From Tolypothrix carrinoi HA7290-LM1 (GTDB lineage: Bacteria; Cyanobacteriota; Cyanobacteriia; Cyanobacteriales; Nostocaceae): a DNA stretch of 22,605 nt. The position numbers were made by a program, and so were the translations under genes. Positions within the stretch are counted from its first letter, which is position 1. Each line of letters starts with the position of its first letter. The DNA lies in NCBI GenBank assembly GCA_019358935.1, contig JAHHIK010000125.1, positions 1 to 22,605 of the forward strand, given 5' to 3'. Under the pieces are notes generated by a model. The model was not told the DNA's origin and did no database searches. It saw only the letters and a list, made by a program, of their open reading frames with translations. Positions 1 through 8,600 of the stretch are shown here, in pieces.

Positions 1-126
1 CGCTCATGCCGTCAGGAAGTCCGCTTTTGACAAATGGACAACACATTGAGTAGCCGTGTGCGATGAAAATTGCAAGCACGGTTCCGAATGGGAGGGGTGT
101 TGCAGTAATGCACACCTCGACCCTAC
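1..126 (+). mobile_element. Group II intron, 3' end (end of domain IV, domains V and VI, 3' splice site); 5' part lies outside the window
   Basis: Domain V at 52-83 reads AGCCGTGT-GCGAT-GAAA-ATTGC-AA-GCACGGTT, with the AGC triad, GAAA tetraloop and 2-nt bulge. Domain VI at about 90-124 reads GGGAGGGGTG..TGCA GTAA TGCA CACCTCG-A-CCCT, with bulged A120 and terminal AC at 125-126. A frame ending ...AHAVRKSAFDKWTTH* (TGA 47-49) may be the end of the intron-encoded protein. Confidence 0.9.
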
Positions 127-655
127 CAGACGAGCGAGACAGATTTTGAAACGGCTGTCGGGCAGAGAGCGGCGCTATCAAACATGGTTGAACCATAACA
201 TCAGTAAATTGATTGTTCTGTCTGCACTTCAAAACAATGCCATCATTGCTATTGAAAATTTGACGGGCATAAGGGAACGAACGAATCAGCAACCTCGCAG
301 CAAGGTAGAGCGTAGGCGTAGCAATAGTTGGGCATTTTTTCAACTCCGAATGTTTCTCAGCTACAAAAGCTTGAAGTACGGTGTTGAATTGGTTGCGGTT
401 AATCCCGCGTACACCAGTCAAACGTGTGCCGAGTGCTTGCACATTCATCCCGTTCGGGGAAAGTCTTACCGTTCGGGGAAAGTATTTAACTGTGGGCATT
501 GTGGCAATTATTGCGATGCTGATGATAATGGTTCAAAAATGATTTCAATCGTTGGAGGCTCAGTAAATAGCCTCGGAGGTTCAAAGCTTTTCTGCTCTTT
601 GAGTAGTCAAGCTTTAGGGCTACTACAAAGCCCCGCCCTTCAGGGCTGGGGTTAG
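127..655 (+). CDS. tnpB: TnpB RNA-guided endonuclease (IS200/IS605 family), C-terminal part; 3' exon downstream of the group II intron
   Basis: Contains RRARQILKRLSGRERRYQ..NHNISKLIV, RuvC-II IAIENL, WAFFQLR..YK, VNPAYTSQTC, zinc finger CAEC..CGHC and RuvC-III DADDNG. The first 24 codons of track ORF 56..655 are intron domain V/VI sequence. Confidence 0.92.
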
Positions 656-680
656 TTTACAGTCAGTATCGTTGCCATAA
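555..680 (+). ncRNA. Predicted TnpB omegaRNA/reRNA scaffold with IS right end (ending GTTTAC at 660) and flank-derived guide; 5' boundary uncertain
   Basis: Hairpin GAGGCT/AGCCTC (555-574) has loop GTAAA (563-567) complementary to terminal TTTAC (656-660), a possible pseudoknot. A second hairpin AAAGCTT..CTGCTC/GAGTAG..AAGCTTT lies at about 583-615, and a subterminal hairpin CCCCGCCC-TTCA-GGGCTGGGG at 631-651. Confidence 0.7.
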
Positions 681-686
681 GTTAGA

Positions 687-1034
687 TTTTGGGTCAACAA
701 GAAGGGGGTAGGGTTGCAGGTTTCGGGTGTAGGGTGTAGTCAGAATTAGTGGGGGCTTACACCCACCACGAAGAAGGCGACCACCAAATCGGAGATTTTG
801 GTGTTCGTTGTACCCTATTGGTTCCGGGTCCTTGAGTACACAAATGCCAAGTTTTCTCATTCTTCACCCCACACCCTTGAAGAGGGTGTGGGGTGTGGGG
901 TATGGGGTGTAGGGAAAAGAGATAGCCAATATTTCTCTTTCTCCTTCTTCCCCCCACACCCTACCCCCTACCCCCTACCCCCTTCCTCCCCCCACACCCC
1001 CACACCCCACACCCTACACCCTAGTTTTGGTCAA
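687..1034. repeat. Composite repeat region: (GGGTGTA/GGGTGTG)n and (CCCCACA/CCCCTAC)n heptamers around a short structured unique core
   Basis: Opposed heptamer arrays, a 13-bp inverted repeat at 865-877/883-895, hairpins at 749-766 and 782-803, and TTTTG(G)GTCAA at both ends. Confidence 0.75.
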
Positions 1035-1113
1035 AAGGGCGATCGCCTTCACTCATACACAACCGCAAAACTTTTTTTCAGTGTGTCATTAAGAGCGCGA
1101 TCGCCCTTTTGAC
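1030..1113. repeat. Perfect 17-bp inverted repeat, each arm containing HIP1
   Basis: GTCAAAAGGGCGATCGC (1030-1046) and GCGATCGCCCTTTTGAC (1097-1113). Confidence 0.85.
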
Positions 1114-1616
1114 TTTTCATCAATACTGCAACTGGTGCTATCTCTAACTTTGGATAAGTCAATCCAATGCTAAATTTATGGTAATTATAAATACCTTAAT
1201 AAAAAAAAATACTTACAAACCAGGTGATAGTCACGAAAATTGGTTGTTTCCTTCCTTTGCTTGTTGTCTAGAAACCTGATTTTTGATGTTTTGTAACAAC
1301 TGCATCTCTAAGCGACACCTATTATAGCTGCTAACATAAGCAAGTCATATGCGCTTTGTCTTATAAGCAATGCTGAAAACCTTAATAATCAACAAAATTG
1401 AGCAAAAATCAGGCAAAGAATCTTGAAAAAATTAATTTATCTCAACAATGATGATTAGTGATACTTTGCATAAATGTTTCTGCAAATTTTCTGTTTAATG
1501 CTTTAAGTCAAGCTTTCAACAGAAAATATGAATACTTAAATAATTCATAAGTATAGTTAACCTTGTGAATAGATTGAATACTATATATAGAGAAAATATG
1601 TGGACGAGGGTATCAA

Positions 1617-1991
1617 ATGGAGCAATTACAAAAGCAGATCCTAAGTTTGGGTCATAAAGTCGATGCCCTCTACGAGCTGATTGAGCAGCTTGATGGTAAA
1701 GTCTCTCAAGCTGTATCAGAGTGTTCTTTAGCAAGAACAGAGGCAAAAGATAATTATTTGGAAAATAACAACACTGGGGGCTACCAGTTAAAAGGACAAA
1801 TTCGTTTAAATTCAGATTTAGAACACAAGGATGTATTGACAGACGGCATTTATCCAGAAATGAATCTGCAAGCCGGAGATAAGCTTTTAACACCAGAAAT
1901 TCAAATCCAACGCCTGACAGCACAATTAACAGCCGCATATAATCGCATAGCTGCCTTGGAAGAACAATTATTGCTCAAAAGAATTCATTAA
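1617..1991 (+). CDS. Small hypothetical protein with N- and C-terminal coiled coils
   Basis: 124-aa ATG ORF with GAGG upstream and heptad patterns (LQKQILSLGHKVDALYELIEQL; IQIQRLTAQLTAAYNRIAALEEQLL). It resembles a conserved cyanobacterial hypothetical family. Confidence 0.8.
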   Translation: MEQLQKQILSLGHKVDALYELIEQLDGKVSQAVSECSLARTEAKDNYLENNNTGGYQLKGQIRLNSDLEHKDVLTDGIYPEMNLQAGDKLLTPEIQIQRLTAQLTAAYNRIAALEEQLLLKRIH

Positions 1992-2025
1992 GTAGGTCGT
2001 TAAATTAAACATCACTCGTATGGTT

Positions 2026-2252
2026 TGGGCATGGGGCATGGGGCATGGGGCATGGGGCATGGGGCATAGGGCATTGGGAATGGGGCATGGGGCATGGGGC
2101 ATTGGGCATAGGGCATGGAAAGAATTTCTTATTACCAATTCGCAATTCCCAATGCCCAATGCCCATTGCCCATTAAACAATTGCCCATTACCCATTACCC
2201 ATTACCCATTACCCATTACCCATTACCCATTACCCATTACCCATTACCCATT
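2026..2252. repeat. Opposed STRR arrays (TGGGGCA)n and (CCCAATG/CCCATTA)n between convergent genes; possible terminator or stabilising hairpin
   Basis: Directly visible heptamer tandem repeats. Confidence 0.92.
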
Positions 2253-2276
2253 GGTTCAATAACTCTTAACTAACGA

Positions 2277-3488
2277 CTAATGATTATTGACTCGGATCAA
2301 GCGTTCGAGTTGGGCTTCAATAGCTGCCAGAAGTTGATTTTGTCGCCAATCTTGGCTTATATGGGCAGCAATGCAAGCGCCACCAGCGCCCATACCTTCT
2401 TTCACAAAACCTTGCTCATAAGCTTGGAGTTGGGAATAACGAGAATCAGCAAAACTTAATTGAGTTGCAAGTAGAGGTGGGGAAACATTATTTTCAGTTT
2501 TCCCACCTCTATTAATTAGTTGAGCTAATTCAACTGTAGCGCCAGAGGGGTCTTCTGCTACCCAGCGAGTTGTACCGACGACAACTGCTTTACTTCGCCA
2601 AGGTAAAGTATAAGCAATAGCGATCGCACTCATCAAAGCATAAACCGCCAGCATTTGCGTCCCACCAGCTAGCATTACACCACAACGCCGACTCGCTGCA
2701 ATAGCCATACCTGCCGCCACCACCTGCATCGGATCTCCCACTGCCGCTACAAGTTGTAGCGGATCTACAGGATTTTGGATTTTAGATTTTGGATTTTGGA
2801 TTAAAACTTTTTTTACCTCAGTTCCTCCACCTCCCCCACTCCCCCCTTCCCCCCCTCCAAACCTCCAAACCTCCAACCCCGCTTGCACTACCGCCCACTT
2901 TTGCGTGTGGTTACAAACAGGATGGCTGCTATTAACTTTGCCTACTGCTTCAATACCCAAGCCAGTTAAAATCGCTAGGGCGGTTGTAGTTCCGCCGACT
3001 ACGCACTCACCGACAATTAAATAGCCATCTTTAATTTTCTCACTTAACCGTGTACCCCAAAGCAGCCCTTGCTTTAACAAATGATTTACCGTTGCTAAAT
3101 CCATCGCTGCACCTTGACTTAAACACTTAGCCGGATAGCCGCCCAAATCAATTACAGGTACAGCAGGCAGCTGGGGTAAGCCAGCATTAAACAAATAAAC
3201 TGGAATCTCAAGTGCTTCAACTACAGCGCGAGAAATCAGCACAGGTGACGCGCCAGCCGACAAAGGTGGTAGGGGATATTGCGGCTTTCGTCCTGCACCG
3301 TAGTATAAAAACTCAGCATCAGCAACTGCTGTGTATTTCCGATCCTCTGGAGTCCGACCGGCTGCGGAAATTCCCGGAATTAAACAAGTTTCGGTAAATC
3401 CTAATACACAGGCAAAAATCGGTGAAGTACCGCGATAACGTGCGATCCATGCTTCACCTTGTTCTATTTGGGTATAAATGCGAATCAT
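2277..3488 (-). CDS. cobT: Nicotinate mononucleotide-dependent phosphoribosyltransferase CobT (cyanobacterial/archaeal type)
   Basis: Motifs TETCLIPGISAAG, GECVVGGTTTA, VGDPMQ, LAGGTQMLAV, VGTTRWV, YEQGFVKEGMGAGG. Confidence 0.88.
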   Translation of the reverse strand: MIRIYTQIEQGEAWIARYRGTSPIFACVLGFTETCLIPGISAAGRTPEDRKYTAVADAEFLYYGAGRKPQYPLPPLSAGASPVLISRAVVEALEIPVYLFNAGLPQLPAVPVIDLGGYPAKCLSQGAAMDLATVNHLLKQGLLWGTRLSEKIKDGYLIVGECVVGGTTTALAILTGLGIEAVGKVNSSHPVCNHTQKWAVVQAGLEVWRFGGGEGGSGGGGGTEVKKVLIQNPKSKIQNPVDPLQLVAAVGDPMQVVAAGMAIAASRRCGVMLAGGTQMLAVYALMSAIAIAYTLPWRSKAVVVGTTRWVAEDPSGATVELAQLINRGGKTENNVSPPLLATQLSFADSRYSQLQAYEQGFVKEGMGAGGACIAAHISQDWRQNQLLAAIEAQLERLIRVNNH

Positions 3489-3489
3489 A

Positions 3490-3616
3490 GGTTAGTTGGA
3501 GCGTTGTTGGTTGTTAGTTGGAGCGTTGTTGGTTGGAGCGTTGTTTTACTAACCACTATCCACTAACGATTAACCACGCTCCCACTATCGACTAACCACT
3601 ATCGACTAACCACTAA
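3490..3616. repeat. Degenerate STRR-type arrays (GTTAGTT/GGAGCGTTGTT opposed by ACTAACC/ACTATCG)
   Basis: Tandem short units between the DUF2232 gene and cobT. Confidence 0.75.
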
Positions 3617-4354
3617 CTATCCTTCATTATCCATCAGAACTTGCACCCAGCGTGGGGGACGAGGGATCGGATTGCCGAGGCGATCTAATAACAGCCATGC
3701 TGCTAGGTGAACGACGAATAGATAGATAAAATTGTTAATTATAATTAAGGCGATCGCTCCCACTTGAATGAAAAATACACTGGGAGTCGCCAAGATTCCC
3801 AGCTTCAAAAATAACCACTCTAGAAAATCTGTCGTCTGGTTAATCAAATAAATCCATAAGTCTTCACCCGACAACACAGACAACAACCACACCCGAAAAA
3901 ACACCCCCAAAGTACCTAACAGCGTACTCAAGGTGATAGAAACAATCCAGGGAACGCGGCGATGCCAAGTTGCGCCTAAAAGCACCCCCATAAAAGCAAA
4001 AGGCATGACAAACAGCAAACTGCGAACCGGTCCCATCAACACCGAAAGCAGCAACCCGGAAACTACCGCCGCCATCCATGCTGCGCGGTTGCCCCAACGA
4101 AGATAAACTAAAGCGATCGGCACGGGAAAAAATATCCGCAAAACTGGTCCCAACGGAAAATAATTGTTAATAAACCAAATCAAACTAGAGGCACTTGCTA
4201 AAAATGCCGTTTCCACCATTCGCAAAGGCGCATCAGCTTTTAACTGTTGTCGGCTAAAATTCTCTTGTTTGTCTAACAACTCATCAGCCTCGATTTGGGA
4301 TTTAAGGGAGTGGCGTTCTTCTGGCTCATCTGGCAGAGAATCTGAAATAGTCAT
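3617..4354 (-). CDS. DUF2232-family membrane protein
   Basis: Multiple hydrophobic helices; motifs MVETAFLAS, FFPVPIALVYLRWG, LMGPVRS, LGNPIPRPPRW. Confidence 0.8.
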   Translation of the reverse strand: MTISDSLPDEPEERHSLKSQIEADELLDKQENFSRQQLKADAPLRMVETAFLASASSLIWFINNYFPLGPVLRIFFPVPIALVYLRWGNRAAWMAAVVSGLLLSVLMGPVRSLLFVMPFAFMGVLLGATWHRRVPWIVSITLSTLLGTLGVFFRVWLLSVLSGEDLWIYLINQTTDFLEWLFLKLGILATPSVFFIQVGAIALIIINNFIYLFVVHLAAWLLLDRLGNPIPRPPRWVQVLMDNEG

Positions 4355-4355
4355 A

Positions 4356-4393
4356 GGGGACTAGGGACTGGGGATTAGGGATTAGGGATTAGG
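4356..4393. repeat. STRR (GGGATTA/GGGACTA)n
   Basis: About 5 heptamers immediately upstream of the DUF2232 start. Confidence 0.8.
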
Positions 4394-4453
4394 AAAGAGA
4401 TTTTCATCTGTTTTGGGGGAGTGCAGTTTATCACCGATTACTTGAATAAATTT

Positions 4454-5134
4454 TTAAACTATCATCTTTTCTAGGGCTAATAAATCGGGAACACAAATAA
4501 TGTCTTGATCCCGTTTAATCAAGCCTTTTTTTTCCAGCCTTGTCAATACTCGTGTAACTGTTTCCCGCGCAAGTCCACTCAAACTACTTAATTCCCGGTG
4601 AGGTAAATTGGGAATTTCCGTTCCTGTCTGCCCTTTTTTTCCCTGTCCCTCTGCTAAAAACAATAACGTGTCAGCCACCCGCGACTGACTATCAGATTCG
4701 CGCAATCGCAATCTTCGATTTACTTGTCGCAAGCGTCGTGCCATTAGTTGCGATAATCTAACTCCCGCCAAGGGTTCTGTGTGTAGTAACTTCACAAAAT
4801 CCTGTGCCGGCATACTGCCTATTACCGTCGGAGTCAGAGTAATCACATCAGTTGAACGAGGCACTTCATCTAGCGCTGCCATTTCTCCAAATAATTCGCC
4901 CTTGCCGATAATATTCAGCGTTACCTCTTTGCCTTCTAGATTGTAGGTACGAATTTTTACCCACCCATCGATAATAAAATATACAGAACCTCCCCAGTCA
5001 TTTTCCAGCAAAATGACTTGATTTGCCGGGTGAGTGCGGGTGACAAGATGAGTTAAGGCTGGTTCCACAACGTCTTCTGGCAACCCTTGAAAAAAGGGCG
5101 CACTTGCGATCCAGGGATTGGGAGGTGCGTGCAA
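4454..5134 (-). CDS. crp: Crp/Fnr-family cAMP receptor protein (SyCRP1/AnCrpA-like), TTG start
   Basis: cNMP-binding motif GELFGEMAALDEVPRSTDV and HTH HRELSSLSGLARETVTRVL. Confidence 0.9.
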   Translation of the reverse strand: MHAPPNPWIASAPFFQGLPEDVVEPALTHLVTRTHPANQVILLENDWGGSVYFIIDGWVKIRTYNLEGKEVTLNIIGKGELFGEMAALDEVPRSTDVITLTPTVIGSMPAQDFVKLLHTEPLAGVRLSQLMARRLRQVNRRLRLRESDSQSRVADTLLFLAEGQGKKGQTGTEIPNLPHRELSSLSGLARETVTRVLTRLEKKGLIKRDQDIICVPDLLALEKMIV

Positions 5135-5265
5135 AGTATATCAGTCCTTGATGACAACAGATTTATTAAAGCTGCATGTTACACAACTTTCAAGAGTGTT
5201 ATTTTCAGCAGTAGCGCGATCGCCACACAGCCGCACACAAACATAAAACTTAACTATGCTACACA

Positions 5266-5288
5266 AAAAAGCGATAATATCGCTTTTT
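5266..5288. promoter_or_regulatory. Perfect palindrome in the divergent intergenic region (operator or bidirectional terminator-like)
   Basis: AAAAAGCGATA-A-TATCGCTTTTT. Confidence 0.5.
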
Positions 5289-5688
5289 CTCAAAAATCTT
5301 TACCGTCAAGATTTTAAAGAAGTGAAAGTTTTGTGTAAAGCAGTTTGTGAGCGTGCGATCGTCACTCTTGTTTGCCCCAACTGCAAACATTATTACTTAA
5401 AACAAAACTTCATCAATGATACTAAATATAATTAATTTTGGCTTTTTTATCTTTTCTATGATAAAGGTAATGTTTCCTGTTTGCTGTCAACGTTGCTCGA
5501 CTGCGTTACCCTCAAAATGGCACATGGAGGAATGAGCGATGCAGAAAGGTGTGGCTCACACTCAACGCATGGTTGTGCGTCTGTTCCACCACTTCTGTGT
5601 ACCGCGCTTGATGGCATGACTCCTTCCTATTTCAGGTAAAGTAACTTCCATAAAAGATAACGTACAGTTCTAGCTAAGGTAAATCACA

Positions 5689-8600
5689 GTGACTTCCCAC
5701 TTTGAAGAAATACAAAGACTAATCGCAGATATTGAGGACTTATTCGCTAAAAGCGGCAAACGGCTACCCAGAGTTCTATCCGGTCAGGCAGCACAAGAGC
5801 CAAGACAGCTTTTAGAACGAATTCGCGACTTTCTCATCAAATTAAGGGACTCTTCAGAAAACAAGCTTGCCGAACAGCCACAATTATCGCCAATACTCGC
5901 GAAATTTGCCGATCGAGGTAATAGTGAGTCTTCACCACAGCCAGATCAAAACCAACAACAGAGTGTCCACCCCCCTGAGCAAAAAATTGATTTTTCCGCA
6001 TTGCTTCAGCCGTTGCAAGGAGAATTACAAACTTTGTTGCAAGAGCGAGCCACTTTAGTACAGGAAATCAGACAATTAGAGCAACGGCGATTGCACAACT
6101 ACTCCTTAACCCAGCAGATGGCAAATCAGGAGCAGATGATTTCCGAATTTTTGCAGGTGTTGATGAATCGCATAGTGCCAATAACGCCACAAATAACAGA
6201 TAATTTAGCATCAGGCGCGAGCCAGCAACTCGATACTAATTACTCAACAGAACTAGAATCTACCTCGACTCCACCATTTTTAGAATCAACACCCCCAGAG
6301 CAGTTAACACGCTTTGCTGCCGAGTTGGATCGCCGTCTTTTATCGCTAGATGGAACTGTGAATGTCGTCTTTGAAGCACTACAGCGTAACATTCACACTT
6401 ACCACGAGTCATTATCTCAAGCATTAGCGAGAATGCACAGCCAAGGAGTGCAAACAGAACACTTGATGAGCAGCTTTCTCAACAATTTGACTTCTCAGTT
6501 GCAGCAATCTTCTTTAAGGGGAGAAAACGAAACCTCTTCATCACCGACAATTATTCAACAAGATACCCCCGCGACAACAAATCTAGATACAGTACTTTTG
6601 CAACTTGGTGTGGATGAGCCAAACTCACTCGTTACTGCTAATACTACAACTCCAGCCGCATCAGTGCCGAATGCTCAGTTAGTTGTTGATGAAGTAGATC
6701 AGCTTTACTTAAGTTTGTTTGGTACTGAAAATCTCACCGAGCAAAGCCCGAAAATTGACACAATTCGAGAATCGGATATTACAGATAAATTATCTGCTAA
6801 CGCTTCAACTGATTTATCAATGTCGAATATCGTCCAGCCACCAGAAAGCCCCACAAAATTACAACAATCGGTTGTTCAGGATGAAGTCACCCCAGAAATA
6901 ATTAATCAGGAAACAAATGTTATAGATGATGTATCGGCTTTTACTACAGATTCCTCACAACTTGGCGGCACAAACGAAGTGCAACAAACGGAAAATCCAG
7001 TTGTTGTACAAGATGCTTGGCTGCAAGAATCAAATGTTATAGATGATGTATCGGCTTTGACCACAGATTCATCACAACTTGGCGCCACAAACGAAGTGCA
7101 ACAACCGGAGAATCCAGTTGTTGTACAAGATGCTTGGCTGCAAGAATCAAACGCGGATCTTCTGGATGCAAGCAACTCTACACCAGCAATATCAGATACT
7201 TCTGAAAAAGTAACACTGAATAATACTGAGAATCTTTTGCCGTCAGCAGAAGATGTAACACCTGTGGCTGTTGAAGAACCGACAGTTGCCGATACAATTA
7301 CTGTCTTGGGCGACTTGTTAATTAATGTAGCCCCAGATACTTCAGAAGTTCCAAGTTCGTTATTTGTGCAGAAAGATGAAGATCCTTCGCCAAACTATAT
7401 TAGCGCTTCTCCCCAGGAAAATTTACTCTCTCAAGCTGAAGCGATCGCTGACTCTGTTTTTGATATTTCCTTAGACGAAGACCAGTTAGAGCAATTAAAT
7501 CAAGATTTAGCTGATTTTGATCGGCAGTTAAATTCTCAGTTACAACCGGAAATCAACTTAGAAAATCAATTTATAGCAGAAAATACTTTGACAGCGGCTG
7601 AGTCTGTTGTCGAGGTGTTAGAAATTTTCCCCGCGTCAAGTGAAAAAACTGAACCGACAATACCAAGTTCCGGCGGGGCAAATCAACCAGAATCGCTCAA
7701 TCTTGATGGTTCAGTCTGGTATCTAGGAATCGATTTGGGTACAACTGGAATTTCTGCAACGCTGTTGAATCGCTCTACAAATGTTGTCTATCCTCTTTAT
7801 TGGTCAGCAGAAAAGCAATCGGCAGCAACTTTATTAAAACCATCGTTTCGTTTACCAGCAGAAGTTTATTTACCTGCGGCTTCTGTATCTGGTAGCGAGA
7901 TGTCCACAGAAGCACTCCACTCAGAAGCCCCAGTAGCTGTGGCTTCTGAAAAGGCAGGAGTAGCTACTAGCAATTCTCCCTCTTGGGCGCAAACAAACAG
8001 TGTTTATTCAGCGCAGTTGAAGCCTTATTTACAAATAGCGATCCCCTACAAAAACGAACTAGATAAATGGGAACCTGTGTTGCAATTAAATGAATTTTCC
8101 GCAGGTCCTTTGATTTGGGTTGTGCGATCGCTCTCGAAATTACTGTTAACTCTCAAATGCGTAAGCACTAGCACTACACCAGGTTTAACAGCAGCAGCTG
8201 TTGGTATAGATGAACAAAGTTTTCAGACAATTATCAATAATATTGCTGGTGTAATAATAACTTGTCCATCTAACTCGTCGGAACAATATCGCTTTAATGT
8301 CCGCGAAGCTTTACTCACCAGCGAAATAGTGCAGCATCCACAGCAAGTATTTTTTGTGGAAGAAGCGATCGCTAGTTTGCTCAGTGAACTTGACGGTGCT
8401 AACGGTGAGACTGTACAATTGTGCGTTCCCGAAGGTTCTCCTCCGCCAATTCAAAGCGATCGCCGTCCGATTGGTAGCACTCTGACAATTAATATTGGCG
8501 CAACTTCCACAGAAATGGCGCTAGTCGATTTGCCAGAAAACCTGCAAGAACTGACACACAGTAATTTTATGCTCCACGGTTTTGCTTATGCTGGCAAAGG

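Noticed and set aside
56..126. Cys-rich N-terminus MCDENCKHGSEWEGCCSNAHLDP as a novel TnpB domain
   Set aside because: It is the translation of group II intron domains V and VI.
663..1112. ORFs 663..860, 757..957 and 798..1112
   Set aside because: They are translations of repeat DNA with no protein-like motifs.
1181..1194. NtcA-like GTA-N8-TAC (GTAATTATAAATAC)
   Set aside because: No TAN3T -10 element at the canonical spacing, it is more than 400 bp from the next gene, and the context is AT-rich. It could still be a real site.
1968..2262. ORFs with MGHGAWG or CPMPHA repeats, also at 13672-14063, 16132-16414 and 19254-19550
   Set aside because: These are open frames produced by heptamer STRRs and palindromic repeats.
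5541..5599. Imperfect hairpin upstream of the 1312-aa gene as a riboswitch
   Set aside because: The pairing is weak and irregular, with no recognisable aptamer motif.
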